From Thraustochytrium aureum (Eukaryota): a stretch of DNA of 57,750 nucleotides. Shown here piece after piece: positions 22,144 to 34,197 of the stretch. Position 1 is the first letter of the stretch. Each line of letters opens with the position of its first letter. The DNA is taken from positions 1 through 57,750 of the forward strand of contig BLSG01000397.1 in NCBI GenBank assembly GCA_012862495.1, read 5' to 3'. Made by a program: the position numbers and the translations under genes. The notes under the pieces are model-generated. The model did not search any database. It was not told the DNA's origin and saw only the letters and a list, made by a program, of their open reading frames with translations.

Positions 22144-23459
22144 TATCCCGCTCGTGGTGTTCGTCGCGATGCGGGCGCGGATGCGCGACATGAGCATGGC
22201 TGCGCGGTGGTCCAGCTCCCGAATCAATTCGGTCGGCTCATCGATGGAGCGGCGCAGCGCGAGCAACGAGCGATCGGGAGACCGCGGCGGCTCCGCGCTT
22301 GCGGGCTGCTCATAGCCGTCTACCTGAATGTCAATGTCGATTGACCCGTCCACGTTGAGCCGGATTCGGCGCGTTGGGCTTGTGGGCCCGCCAGGCTCTG
22401 CCACTGGCCCGGCCGCTTCTTGCTCCCAGACCACACGGGCGCACCCAATCTCTTCGGCCTTGTAGATCCCGCTAGACGGCTTTGCGCGGGTTTCGAGCGC
22501 GTGGCCCGCGGTGCCGGCGACGGGCCGCTTGCCTTGGGCGGGCGAGCTCTGGGACGCTGTGGGTGGCGGCGTCGGCAAAGTTGCGTCCGCGCGCGCTGCC
22601 GGCGAAACGAGCTCTACGCGTCCAAGTGAGGTTGTTGCCGCTCGTACGGGTGCGTTCGTTGCCGCTCGTACGGGTGCGTTCGTTGCCGCTCGTTCGGGTG
22701 CGTTCGTTGCCGCTCGTACGGGTGCGTTCGTTGCCGCTCGTTCGGGTGCGTTTTTTGCCGCTCGTACGGGTGCGTTTGTTGCCGGTGTGCTGCTCGGGGC
22801 GGGTCCAGCTCGCTGTGGGCTCCAGCCGCCTTCGATCTGGTCCAGTCTCTGATAGAGAATTCGAGGCGGCGAGCTGTCTCTGCGCCGAGCTGCACTGCGA
22901 GGGGTTGATGGCCGGTGGGCCTGATGCTCTCAAGCTGCGGCCTTGCGCTCTGAGCTCTTGGCCGCGCTATGTCGGCTGGCCGAGGACAGGAGGTTTGCTC
23001 GACCTGCTCGATTTCGTCGTGCGAATCGGATGCCTTTTCCTCTTCGTCGTCGGCGTCAGTGTCTCTGTAAGGCTCGTGCTTAGGGCTTTGTGCTGATCTG
23101 GCATAGTGCTGCGGTTCACCGCCCTTGGCATACGCGTTCCGCGTAAGTGGGTAGCCAAGATTCTTCGGCACGATGTAGTCCATGCCGACCTCGCGAACAA
23201 TCTCCAAATTGGCGCGCCGCATGTGCAGTCCCTTTCGCGCGTCAACGCAGCGCTGCGCGACTCGACTCGTCTCCTCGGCCTCTGCACGCCCAGGCCACCT
23301 TGCACGCCTTCGGGGCAGGCGAATTTCGAGCGCGCTTCCCACGCCGGGCCGCTCCCCGTCTTGCGCGCCAGCCTTGGCCTCGAAGCCCCCTGCCAACGCG
23401 GCTTCCCGACCACTGCGTTCGCTCGCACAACAATCCGCCAACACTCGCTCCAAGTCCAA
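22144..23459 (-). CDS. Uncharacterised low-complexity protein with octapeptide repeat, probable frameshift near 22860; 3' end in gap
   Basis: ORF 22614..23459 joins the frame ILYQRLDQIEGGWSP...(AATNAP[V/E]R)n...RRIRLNVDGSIDID if one A is added at GA|ATT. Start uncertain (TTG). Confidence 0.45.
22635..22784. repeat. 24-bp tandem repeat (TTGCCGCTCGT[A/T]CGGGTGCGTTCG) x6.2, probably coding
   Basis: Directly visible; 24-bp unit preserves frame. Confidence 0.93.
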
Positions 23460-23876
23460 GCGCGTCCTGTGTCACAAAGCGCGCTCGAGCAAGCTCGCGA
23501 GTGAAGCGAGCCACGCGCGGCAGCCCTCAAGCCGTCGGTCGACCTGCGCGCCCGCCTGCGCGCCGGGCAGACTTGTAACGATGAAGGGATGAACGTGCGC
23601 GCGTCAAGCCAGCTCGCCCGGCGGCAAGGCAGGTGCCAGCCATGTGCAACACGATGCATGCTCGTCGCACTTTTTCTCAAGAGAGCCGTTCCCCAGCGGT
23701 CCAAATCTCCACAATTCCCGGCGTCCCGCTAATTTGTCGCAATTGCGAATGCTCGATGCGATGCATGCGATGACGTGCCGATCTTTGGACGACGGACGTC
23801 GCAGCCCTCCAACTCCGCCCAACTGGTCTGCGGCGCTGGATCTGGCAGCCGATGGAGCGGCCCGGGAGCAGGATTG

Positions 23877-25367
23877 ATGGCCCGTGCTGCAGCTGCAAAG
23901 TCGGCCGCGATGGCGCTTGACGGCGCTGCTCGAAGGCAAAGGCAACGCGCTCGAACGATATTCGAGGCGGCGCTTCGTGGCGCAGACCCGCGTTTAGCTG
24001 TCGAGCGCACGATCAGGGAGGACGCGCGCGTTGCTGAGGTGCTGGGAAGCGATGCGTTCGAGAGGATCGTTGTGACAGGGGCGGGGAAAGCCAGCGCGCA
24101 GATGGCGCGAGCCGCGCTCGATGTGCTCCAAGCCAACGAAGCAAGCAAGGTCGTCGCCGGACTCGTGCTGACCAAGCACGGCCACGTGGACGACGCGTGT
24201 CGCTCAGCGCTCGAGCGCCACGGCGTTCGCGTTGCGACCGGCGGCCACCCTGTGCCTGACCAAGCAGGTCTCGATGCAACGCAACAACTCCTCGACTTGG
24301 CGCGTGAGCAGGCGCGCCCCGAGACGCTTGTGCTCAACTTTGTTTCTGGCGGCGGGTCCGCGCTGACGAGCCTGCCTGCCCCCTCGCTGACGCTGGGCGA
24401 CATTCAAGCAACCATCTCTGCCTTGCTTGGCTGCGGGGCGCCGATCGACGACCTCAACGTCGTTCGTCGTCATCTGACGGCGTTCCAGGGCGGCCGCTTT
24501 GGAGCAGCTTTCCACCCCGCGACGATCGTGTCATTTGTGCTCTCAGATGTGATTGGCGACGAACTGCCTGTTATTGCTGGGGGGCCCACCGCCGCGGACG
24601 CGTCGACCATGGCCGACTGCCTTGCTGTGCTTGCAGACGCCAAGTACGACATCATGAGCAGGATTCCCAGCGCGGTTCTTGATCTGGCCAGAGCGCCTGC
24701 GTTGCTTTCTGGGGAGACGGTCAAGCCCGGTGACGAACGCCTCAGTCGCGTGACAAACGTTGTCGTCGCCAGCAATGCCGGGGCGATACGAGCTGCCCAA
24801 ATTTGCGCAGAGCAACTGGGGTTCTCAACGGTCGTGCTCTCCAGCCGCCTGAGCGGCGAGGCCCAGCACGTTGCCAAGGTTTTGTCCGCCGTCGCGAAGG
24901 ACGCGGGGACACTGAGCGGATTAGGCCCGCTTCCGCTTTGCGTGCTGGCGGGCGGCGAGACGACCGTCACTCTCCCGCGCGAGTGCAGTGGGCTCGGCGG
25001 GCGCAACCAGGAGCTTGCGCTTGCAGCGAGCTTGGAGCTCATCGGTGCTCGGAGCGACGTTGCACTTTTGTCTGCTGGGACTGACGGCCAGGACGGGCCA
25101 TGTGATGCGGCCGGCGCCATAGCCACAAGCGAGCTCTGCGAGACAAGGGCGTGTCGCCACGACGCACAGGACTACCTTGCCCGGCACGATGCCTTTCACT
25201 ACTTTCAGTCCTCTGCGCTGCGGCGAGAGCACCACCTCATAACTGGGCCGACTGGCACCAATGTCATGGACATCATGGCGGTCCTGGTTGGAGAGCCCGC
25301 CGGCGGGTCGCTCGATTCGGCGGCAGCCGGCCCCGAGGGTGAGTTGATCAAGAAAAACGGATCGTGA
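23877..25367 (+). CDS. GLYCTK: Glycerate 2-kinase (MOFRL/GLYCTK/TtuD family)
   Basis: GAGKAS, GGHPVPD, SGGGSAL, LSDVIGD, GGETTV, GGRNQE, GTDGQDG, TGPTGTNVMD. Start ATG 23877 or 23910. Confidence 0.93.
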   Translation: MARAAAAKSAAMALDGAARRQRQRARTIFEAALRGADPRLAVERTIREDARVAEVLGSDAFERIVVTGAGKASAQMARAALDVLQANEASKVVAGLVLTKHGHVDDACRSALERHGVRVATGGHPVPDQAGLDATQQLLDLAREQARPETLVLNFVSGGGSALTSLPAPSLTLGDIQATISALLGCGAPIDDLNVVRRHLTAFQGGRFGAAFHPATIVSFVLSDVIGDELPVIAGGPTAADASTMADCLAVLADAKYDIMSRIPSAVLDLARAPALLSGETVKPGDERLSRVTNVVVASNAGAIRAAQICAEQLGFSTVVLSSRLSGEAQHVAKVLSAVAKDAGTLSGLGPLPLCVLAGGETTVTLPRECSGLGGRNQELALAASLELIGARSDVALLSAGTDGQDGPCDAAGAIATSELCETRACRHDAQDYLARHDAFHYFQSSALRREHHLITGPTGTNVMDIMAVLVGEPAGGSLDSAAAGPEGELIKKNGS

Positions 25368-25446
25368 CACCAATGTGACACTAATTTTTTTTGCAGACTG
25401 TTCGCGGTCGCTGCGAGCCTCCCGCAACTTCGCCGGGCATTCCTAG

Positions 25447-26043
25447 CTACCCTTCGCCGCTCACGATCTCGTCTTGCGCGGCCAGGCCTTTCGGTTCGTG
25501 GGTGGAGTCAGGAAGGGCGACATGGGGAGAGGCGCTCACCCGAGTAGTAGAAACGTCTTGCAGCGCTTCCGCCGCCGAGTCGAGACCAGCTGCCCACGTG
25601 ATGCCCCCCTCAAGGCTGGTGGCGCTCTCGACACGAGCAAGCCCTGCCTGGTCCAAGCATTCCGCAGACGTGGTTGCATCTGCCTCACTGCTTGCGGCGG
25701 ACGGTTGGCAACCCAAGCCCTTCGGTTCCGATCGTTGCGTTCCATCGCATGCTGGCTCGTCCATCGCATTGCGTTGTCGCCTCCCGCGCCAGAAACGTCC
25801 ATGCCTGCGCTCTCAGTTTGGCAAGGTGCTGAACGCCACCGAGCGAACAACTCGCCGTTGGCCCGTGGTCCGCCCGAGCTGGATTCCTCGGCATCGCATG
25901 GTTCTGAGACCTCGCCAGAGCCATGCAAGAGGAACTTCGTGAGCCAACCTGTGCTTGCCGCGGCCTGCAGCCCCTCGCCGGATGGGTCCGGATTATCCTT
26001 GCAAGAATCGTCCTGGACGTTGCTTTCCTGCTGCGGAGGACCT
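25447..26043 (-). CDS. Acidic low-complexity C-terminal coding fragment, probably the 3' end of the upstream EcsC-like gene; possible frameshift near 25765
   Basis: Open reading from gap edge (GPPQQESNVQDD...), switching to DEPACDG...EIVSGEG* with EPKGL repeated twice. Confidence 0.4.
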
Positions 26044-26775
26044 NNNNNNNNNNNNNNNNNNNNNNNNNNNNNNNNNNNNNNNNNNNNNNNNNNNNNNNNN
26101 NNNNNNNNNNNNNNNNNNNNNNNNNNNNNNNNNNNNNNNNNNNNNNNNNNNNNNNNNNNNNNNNNNNNNNNNNNNNNNNNNNNNNNNNNNNNNNNNNNNN
26201 NNNNNNNNNNNNNNNNNNNNNNNNNNNNNNNNNNNNNNNNNNNNNNNNNNNNNNNNNNNNNNNNNNNNNNNNNNNNNNNNNNNNNNNNNNNNNNNNNNNN
26301 NNNNNNNNNNNNNNNNNNNNNNNNNNNNNNNNNNNNNNNNNNNNNNNNNNNNNNNNNNNNNNNNNNNNNNNNNNNNNNNNNNNNNNNNNNNNNNNNNNNN
26401 NNNNNNNNNNNNNNNNNNNNNNNNNNNNNNNNNNNNNNNNNNNNNNNNNNNNNNNNNNNNNNNNNNNNNNNNNNNNNNNNNNNNNNNNNNNNNNNNNNNN
26501 NNNNNNNNNNNNNNNNNNNNNNNNNNNNNNNNNNNNNNNNNNNNNNNNNNNNNNNNNNNNNNNNNNNNNNNNNNNNNNNNNNNNNNNNNNNNNNNNNNNN
26601 NNNNNNNNNNNNNNNNNNNNNNNNNNNNNNNNNNNNNNNNNNNNNNNNNNNNNNNNNNNNNNNNNNNNNNNNNNNNNNNNNNNNNNNNNNNNNNNNNNNN
26701 NNNNNNNNNNNNNNNNNNNNNNNNNNNNNNNNNNNNNNNNNGCTGCATTGTCGAGGCTCGAGAGCTCCACAGCGG

Positions 26776-29030
26776 TCAAAGCAACAGCTTCGGGAACGGT
26801 GTCGCCTCCCCCCCGCGGAGCTTGGCGACCGCCCAGGCCCGCCAACCTGGCTGCGATCCGGTCGGCGACGGACAACTCTCGTCGTCATAATCGAGTTCGC
26901 CTAGCTCCTCTTCCGCATATGCCTCTCGGAGCGTGGCGCGCGGAGCAACAGCCTTCCAAAACCGCTCTGATACCGCGCGAAACCACGAAACGTCGGGGTC
27001 TTGGTAAACGCTTGCGTCAAACTCGACCAGGTCGTTCGCCTCCAGAAGGTCGCGCTTCTTGGGGCGCGAAAAGCTCAAGACGATCCAGTCCTTGACCTTG
27101 CCGAACTGAGACACCGCAATTATCTTGGTCTGCGAGCGCGCGAAAGAGTACGACTCGAAAAACTCGATCGCGAAGCACAAGCGAGTGCGAAAGCCAGAAT
27201 CCAGCTCGGGTACCAAGAAGAGAAGGCGGTGGCGGGCCCGAAGCGCGTCGGCCCAGACTGTGTTGTTGTGCGGGGGCGGAGGGGGCGTTGCCAGAGGACA
27301 AACGGAACGCTAACCAACACACCGTAACAAAGCAAGCCCAACTCGAGCGCAGAGATGGCCTCGACGTAATAGGCGAAGCCGCAGAACAGCCCGAGCGGTG
27401 TGGCGCAGTTTTGCATCGCGAGGAGGGCCCAGGAGACGGTAAACGGAGGCGTCGTCCTGTCGAGCCAAACCAACACAGTGTTTGGGCTGGACACGACGTG
27501 GCCTAGCGACTTTGCCGCGAAGAGGAGGCCATCCACCACCTTCTTGGGACCAACGATGCTCATCACGACATCGGGGCGGCGAATTTCTTCGAGGAGGACG
27601 AAAAGGGCTGTCGAGCAAGTCGCGTCGATCGCGTCTTTGAGCCGAGCCCAAGCAAACCCCGTCTTCACCAACTCGTCGTTCACCTCGGCGATCTCTGCGA
27701 GGGCCTTGTCGAGTGCGTGCCCGTCGCTTTGGGCGTTCGATAGAACAGGTACAAAGGCGCGCACGTAGACCGTGGCACAGACTGCCACGTTGAAGACCAG
27801 CCAGAGCAGCAGCGAGGATATCACGAAGGGAATCATCGGCTTGAGGGATTTGAACCTTCGGGCGGCGATCATAAAGAGGCCAACGGCGGCGCGGTGCGCG
27901 TGGTACGGCGCGTCAGGCTGCCAGTAGGCAAACGCCATGGCGATCGAGACGGCCGTGTTTCTTGCAGACACAAACTTCAGAAGCGCTCTGATGCCCAGCG
28001 CTGTCGCCGCGACGAGCCAGGTCTGCTGCCGCGCGATGAAAAGCGCGAGTCGGCACAGCACGAGAACGACCAAGGCGATGAAGACGATTTTGGCTGCGAG
28101 CACAACAGGAGCAGCCGCGGTTTCAGCGCAGGGCACGAGGTCGGCGACAGCACTTGGGACTCCACCCAGGAGCCACGCTGCGAAACGGGCGGCGGCCAGT
28201 TTCAGAGCAGGCGAGCGTAATGTGCGGACCGCTCTTGCTAGGACCGCATCGTACGCCGTCCATGCCTTGGCAGTGTTGAGTAGCAGCACGGGAAGGAACC
28301 AGACCAGAAACGCCCCCACGACCAAGGCTAGACTGGGCTGCTCCTCGCGCTTAAAGTGCTGGCGCCCTCGCTCGCCGAGCGCGCGCGCGTGAGCAGCGAC
28401 TTCCTCCTCGTTGGAGAGCGAACCGCCGGTCCAGCACAAGGTGTAAATGAGGCCGACAGCATCGGGGACGACGCCGGAGAGGAGGCCGCCGAGAACGCGC
28501 TTCATCATGAAGCTCGCGCCCCCCTTGGTGACGACCTGGCGCACGATTACTGTCGCGGCGACTTGAATGCCGGACTTGACGCCCTTCCTGTACAGCTCGT
28601 CCATGGCGCTGGGGCCCGTTCGCCGAAGAATCTTCTCGTCCAAGAGGCACAGGATAACCTGGCATTGTGTCGCGTCCTCGCGAACGTCATGGCCGTAGAT
28701 GGTGGCAGCGAGCGAGATGAACCTGATCTGCCGCCACACGGATTCGAACTGGGAGCAGAACACGGCCGCTGTCGAGCCCAGGACAGGGACCTGTCCGACG
28801 ACCACGAGCAGGGCGCCACGCCAGACGGACTGCGACCAGTTGGCTTTCTTTACAAAAATATCATGCGCGGCGGCCGCTACGGCCTCGTCCAGCTCGCCGT
28901 CGCATTCCACCAGGAACCGGCTGGCATCGCGCTCGATCGGCTGCTCGAGGTATCCACCTTTGCCGTCCGGTATCCCCTCGACCACCTTGTTCATCAGAAC
29001 TACCAGCAGCTTCTCGATGTGCTGCTCCAT
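26776..29030 (-). CDS. Multi-pass membrane protein with EcsC-like N-terminal domain; probable frameshift at G5 runs 27272-27285
   Basis: ATG 29030. GQVPVLG...QIRFISLAATIYGHDVRE resembles the EcsC family; many hydrophobic helices. Continues in the 26776..27216 frame (HNNTVWADALRARHRLLFLVPELD...) and possibly through the gap. Confidence 0.65.
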
Positions 29031-29284
29031 CTCGGCCGGCAGAGCGGCCGCCCAGAGGCCGCCTGCTTGCCGGGGGAACGGCCCGGGGCGTCAAAAACGC
29101 GTCGCCGAATCGGTGTGCGTCGGCGAGCGCGCCAACCGTCGCACGGGTCCAGTCAACGCAGCGTTGCTCGGCACGACTCGTGCGGCGTTTTCTCAGGTCT
29201 GCCGCGAGGATTTCGCAGCCTTGCTGCGAGGATTTCGACTGGCCCGTGGCGAGGAATGGATTTCGGCAGGACTGCAGCGCTGTT

Positions 29285-29354
29285 CTCGCAGGACTGCTCT
29301 CGCAGGACTGCTCTCGCAGGACTGCTCTCGCAGGTCTGCTCTCGCAGGTCTGCT
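29285..29354. repeat. 14-bp tandem repeat (CTCGCAGG[A/T]CTGCT) x5
   Basis: Directly visible upstream of the 29030 gene. Confidence 0.9.
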
Positions 29355-29548
29355 GCGCTGCACGAGTGCGGTGTCGGTGCTGTCGTTCTACCGGTTGTTG
29401 CGCAGCGCACTCGGCGACTCTCGGGCTCCTGCGGTACTACTCGCTGTGTTCGTATTCGTGCAGGAGGAGGAACCCAGTAGTGACGCAATGTGGACAGGCT
29501 GTTCTTGTGCACTACGCCATCAATCCCGCCAAGAAACTTCCCGAGCGC

Positions 29549-29619
29549 AATCGATTAGCGGGGCGCCAATCGATTGTAATCGATTAGCCCGCCTCCGCAG
29601 GAATCGATTTCAATCGATT
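29549..29619. promoter_or_regulatory. Cluster of five AATCGATT palindromes in a divergent promoter
   Basis: Copies at 29549, 29568, 29578, 29602, 29612, between starts at 29030 (-) and 30108 (+). Regulatory role is inferred. Confidence 0.55.
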
Positions 29620-30107
29620 AAACTCGCGGCGGTCTTGTACGATAGGCCCTCCCGCGTCCAGTGCCTCCTTGTATCCGCATTGCACAGATTTCCCCAACAA
29701 GACCCGACCGCGCATCGTTCACGTCTTGTACGAGCCTGCCACCTCGCTCCCCCGCTGCGCTGCCTGTGGCTCAGACCTCCTCCCGTACAGGACACGGTCC
29801 CCCCGCACCCGGTCCCCTGCACAGACCGCGCCTGCAGCAGCACGTGCCGCGCCTGCGCCCGCGCGCGTGCGTTTGGTACCGGACACGGGGCTGCGGGCGC
29901 GAAAGAGCGAGCGAACGCGAGAGGGGGAGGCGAGAGAAAAAAGAGGGCGAGCAGCGTGCGGCAGTTCAGAGCGCGGGGCAGGGCAGACACCGATCGCGGG
30001 AGGGCTTTCTTTCTGTGTGGCGCTGGCCGCGCTGCGTTTGGGCTGATCGATCGAGGGCGGGCCTTGTGCGGGCTCTGAAGGCTCGGCGGGAAGTGGTCCT
30101 GGCAGAG

Positions 30108-31438
30108 ATGGGGTCGTACCTTGATGTGCCGAACACGGAGAAGGTCTCCGAGGACGCCGGCGACGAGGACGGGGACCTGCAGTACGCCGTGTCGGAGATG
30201 CAGGGGTGGCGCAAGTCCATGGAGGACGCGCACATCACGCGCGTCAGGATCACTCCGGAGAGACACAAGCACGGGGGGGTTGCCATGTTTGCAATATTTG
30301 ACGGGCACGGCGGCAAGGAGGTGGCCGGGTTTTGCTCGAGGTACATGGCAGAGGAGCTGGTCAGGCTCGAGGCGTTTGAGAAAGGCGAGTTTGCTCGCGC
30401 CCTCGCTCAGGTCTTTCACCGCATGGACGAAATGCTGCGCGAGAGCAAGCATGCTGCCGAGCTCGCGCTTCTGCGCGACCTGGACGTGTCGATCACCGTC
30501 GCGGCCAAAAATGCTAGCGAAATTAACAACGAGTCTGGGAACAGCGGCGAGGCCAAAGACAGTCGCAGTAGCCAGACAAGCACAACCCAGGCCCAGGCCC
30601 AGGCCGGGGCCGAGGCAGAGGCCAGCGAGGCGGCGCTTAGCGTCCGAGAGTCGATGCAGGCCGACGTGAAGAAGCAAATGGCCGAAGCCGAGCAAAAGGG
30701 CTCGCTCACCAAAACAGAAGCCTTAGAGCTGGTGATGAAGATGATGCGCCTCAAGAAACTCAACGAGCAAGAAGGGGCTGCGCGGGACTCTGCGGGGAGC
30801 GGGAACAACGCAAGTAGTGCGCTCGGCGCGCAGTTTACGGATGCAGGTTGCACTGCCATCGTTTCGATTATTGTCGGCGACCGGCTCTTCGTGGCCAACG
30901 CAGGCGACTCCCGCGCGGTGCTTTGCTCGGCGGGGCGGGCTGTCGCGCTCAGCCACGACCACAAGCCTTTCCAAGAGACCGAGCTTGCGCGCATCCGCGC
31001 GGCAGGAGGCTACGTGACGAGATGGGTCGCGTCAACGGCAACCTGAACCTCTCGCGGGCCATCGGCGACCTGCGGTACAAGGTCGACCCAAATCGGCCGC
31101 CAGAGGACCAGATCATCACGGCGCAGCCAGACGTGCACGAGCACGTCATCACCGAGGACGACGAGTACATGTTCCTCGGCTGCGACGGCGTCTTTGACGT
31201 GCTCTCCAACGACGCGGTGGTCTCCTTCGTCAACAAGCGCCTGGCAGAGGGCGTCGAGCCCGTGTCGCTCATCCTGGAGCAAATTTTCGAGGAGTGCTTG
31301 TGCGACAGCCCTGGCGCAGCGCAGGGCATCGGTGCGGACAACATGACGGCAGCGCTCGTCTTGTTCAAGCCGCGCTCCTACTTCCTCGCTGACAAGCCCG
31401 GCGCCGGCAAGCGCGCCTCCGCAGCTACTTTAAAATAA
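30108..31438 (+). CDS. Protein phosphatase 2C, PPM1G-like, with a 1-bp frameshift near 31019
   Basis: MGSYLDVP (myristoylation-type start), [23 protein letters not shown], insert region, [53 protein letters not shown]. Confidence 0.93.
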
Positions 31439-31927
31439 CTTGAAGTTGCCGAAAAGTATTTTGCTGTCTCGCTAGCTGCTTAGCTCGCTACCGACTGTGG
31501 AAGGCTCGGCGCGGCCAGCCGCGCGCCGCCGCCGCCCGCGGGGTCAACCGATCGATGCCCAAGTGCGTAGAGTCCCATATGGCAGGCAGGCCCCAGGTCG
31601 CCGCTCACCGTCGGAACAAGCCAATGCGCATTGAGTGATTTGCCAAGGGCCGGAATGGAGCCAACTCGAACGCGGTGAGACCGTCCCTTTTGATCAAGAC
31701 ACAACCCAACCTTGCGACGTTGACCTTGCCACGCAGGCAAAGCCCGCCCAGTCGAGCAGCACTCGAGCACCGCGGGCACAATCTCCAGCGCGCCATTCTG
31801 AAGACGAGCAAGTGCGGCACGGGCAGCGGTGTGGCAAGTCGACCTCGGCAATTCCGCCGAGCGGCGCGCCGAGTAGAGCAGAGTACCTCCCATCCTGCGA
31901 CTGCCGCCGGACGGACTCTCCAACGCC

Positions 31928-32727
31928 ATGGCGGCTACGACGAGCAAAACGTTCTCGATGACGATCGGCGGCGCGCCTGTGCGCAGCGCGTCCAGGCTGT
32001 TCGACGTGATCAACCCGTTCGACGGCAAGGTTTTCGCGCAGGCGCCGGACTGCAACAAGGCCGAGCTAGACCAGGCTGTCGCCGCCGCCCGCGGCGCGCT
32101 CCCGGCCTGGAGCAACAAGCCGTGGAGCGAGCGGCAAGCGGCAGTGCGTGCGTGCGCCGACCTGATGATGAGCGAGAAAAAGGCGCTTTCCCAGCTGCTT
32201 ACCATGGAGCAAGGCAAGGGCTTGCCGCAGGCGCAGGCCGAGATCATGGGCTCGTACGCCTGGATGCAGATGGCAGCAAAGTACAACGACCCTAGCAAGG
32301 TGCTGCGCGAGGACGACAACATGCGCGTCGAGCAGCGCTACCGCGCCGTGGGCGTCGTCGGCGCCATCTCGGCCTGGAACTTTCCCATCATCCTCGTGCA
32401 CTTCAAGCTGGCCCAGGCCCTCATGGCCGGCTGCACCGTGGTGCTCAAGCCGAGCGAGCACACCCCGCTCAGCTCGCTCGAGCTCGTCCGCATGTACAAC
32501 ACCATTTTGCCCCCGGGGGTGCTCAACGTGGTGACCAGCGAGAACAAGGACCTCGGCAAGTGGCTGGTCGAGCACCCAGGCGTGGACAAGATCTCGTTCA
32601 CAGGCAGCACCGAGACCGGCCGCCACGTGCTGAGCAGCGCGGCCAAGACGCTCAAGCGCACCACGATGGAGCTTGGCGGCAACGACGCCGCGATTGTGCT
32701 CGATGACGTCGACCCGGCCAAGGTGGC
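31928..32727 (+). CDS. Aldehyde dehydrogenase (NAD(P)+); C-terminal half in gap
   Basis: INP, EQGK, GVVGAISAWNFP, VLKPSEHTP, PPGVLNVV, KISFTGSTETG, MELGGNDA. Confidence 0.95.
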
Positions 32728-33601
32728 NNNNNNNNNNNNNNNNNNNNNNNNNNNNNNNNNNNNNNNNNNNNNNNNNNNNNNNNNNNNNNNNNNNNNNNNN
32801 NNNNNNNNNNNNNNNNNNNNNNNNNNNNNNNNNNNNNNNNNNNNNNNNNNNNNNNNNNNNNNNNNNNNNNNNNNNNNNNNNNNNNNNNNNNNNNNNNNNN
32901 NNNNNNNNNNNNNNNNNNNNNNNNNNNNNNNNNNNNNNNNNNNNNNNNNNNNNNNNNNNNNNNNNNNNNNNNNNNNNNNNNNNNNNNNNNNNNNNNNNNN
33001 NNNNNNNNNNNNNNNNNNNNNNNNNNNNNNNNNNNNNNNNNNNNNNNNNNNNNNNNNNNNNNNNNNNNNNNNNNNNNNNNNNNNNNNNNNNNNNNNNNNN
33101 NNNNNNNNNNNNNNNNNNNNNNNNNNNNNNNNNNNNNNNNNNNNNNNNNNNNNNNNNNNNNNNNNNNNNNNNNNNNNNNNNNNNNNNNNNNNNNNNNNNN
33201 NNNNNNNNNNNNNNNNNNNNNNNNNNNNNNNNNNNNNNNNNNNNNNNNNNNNNNNNNNNNNNNNNNNNNNNNNNNNNNNNNNNNNNNNNNNNNNNNNNNN
33301 NNNNNNNNNNNNNNNNNNNNNNNNNNNNNNNNNNNNNNNNNNNNNNNNNNNNNNNNNNNNNNNNNNNNNNNNNNNNNNNNNNNNNNNNNNNNNNNNNNNN
33401 NNNNNNNNNNNNNNNNNNNNNNNNNNNNNNNNNNNNNNNNNNNNNNNNNNNNNNNNNNNNNNNNNNNNNNNNNNNNNNNNNNNNNNNNNNNNNNNNNNNN
33501 NNNNNNNNNNNNNNNNNNNNNNNNNNNNNNNNNNNNNNNNNNNNNNNNNNNNNNNNNNNNNNNNNNNNNNNNNNNNNNNNNNNNNNNNNNNNNNNNNNNN
33601 N

Positions 33602-34011
33602 GAAGAGGCAGCGGCGCGAGCGCGCCGAGCTGCGGCGCGGCCAAGAGGGGCAAAAGGTCCCGCTGCAGCAACAGCTCCTTGAAGACCTGCCCAGCGTCGT
33701 CCCCGGGCTGGCGATCTGCCACGAGTGCTTTGGTTTCATGCCGGCGGCGGAGGGCCGATGGGTGTGGGCGCGGGTCTGAGGATGAGACGGGATGCGGCCG
33801 GCTTGTCTGCGAGAACTGCTTTACGACGTGCAACGCTTGCTCCGAGCCAGTGGCTTACTGCGCCGCCTGTGCGAGCGACTGCCTTGGGCCCCCGGACTGC
33901 GGGCAGGGCGGTTACATGTGCCCGGACTGTATTGAGGTGCATGCCGAGGGTTGCGCAGAGTGCGAGCTGCTCTCTGAAGGCGACACGGACGACCAGGACA
34001 ACTTTCGGTAG
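33602..34011 (+). CDS. C-terminus of a Cys-rich (CxxC-repeat) putative zinc-binding protein; frameshift at G3 33752-33754
   Basis: AICHEC joins GCG...CGRLVCENCFTTCNAC...YCAAC...MCPDC...H..GCAEC, then an acidic tail; TAG 34009-34011. Confidence 0.6.
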
Positions 34012-34197
34012 CGCGGTTGGCAGGGCCGCGCCTCCAAGGGCAGTTGTGACGCATGGCGGTAAGCTCGCAGAGCAGGCCGGGCTGGGCCGCTGCGCATGGC
34101 CGATGCAAAACGCGGGACCTGCTGCTAGTTACGAAGTACGTGCTCAATTCGCTATGCTATATTCTGTGCCGTCTATGCTATGTTCTGCGCCGTCTGT

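Noticed and set aside
20584..22578. 664-aa ORF fusing a disordered N-terminus to the aminotransferase
   Set aside because: Joined only through a run of Ns; the ~620-bp gap most likely holds the aminotransferase N-terminus and the end of a separate gene
23150..23240. RRANLEIVREVGMDYIVPKNLG as an Apc15/Mnd2-like motif
   Set aside because: Similarity too short and weak to support without a profile search
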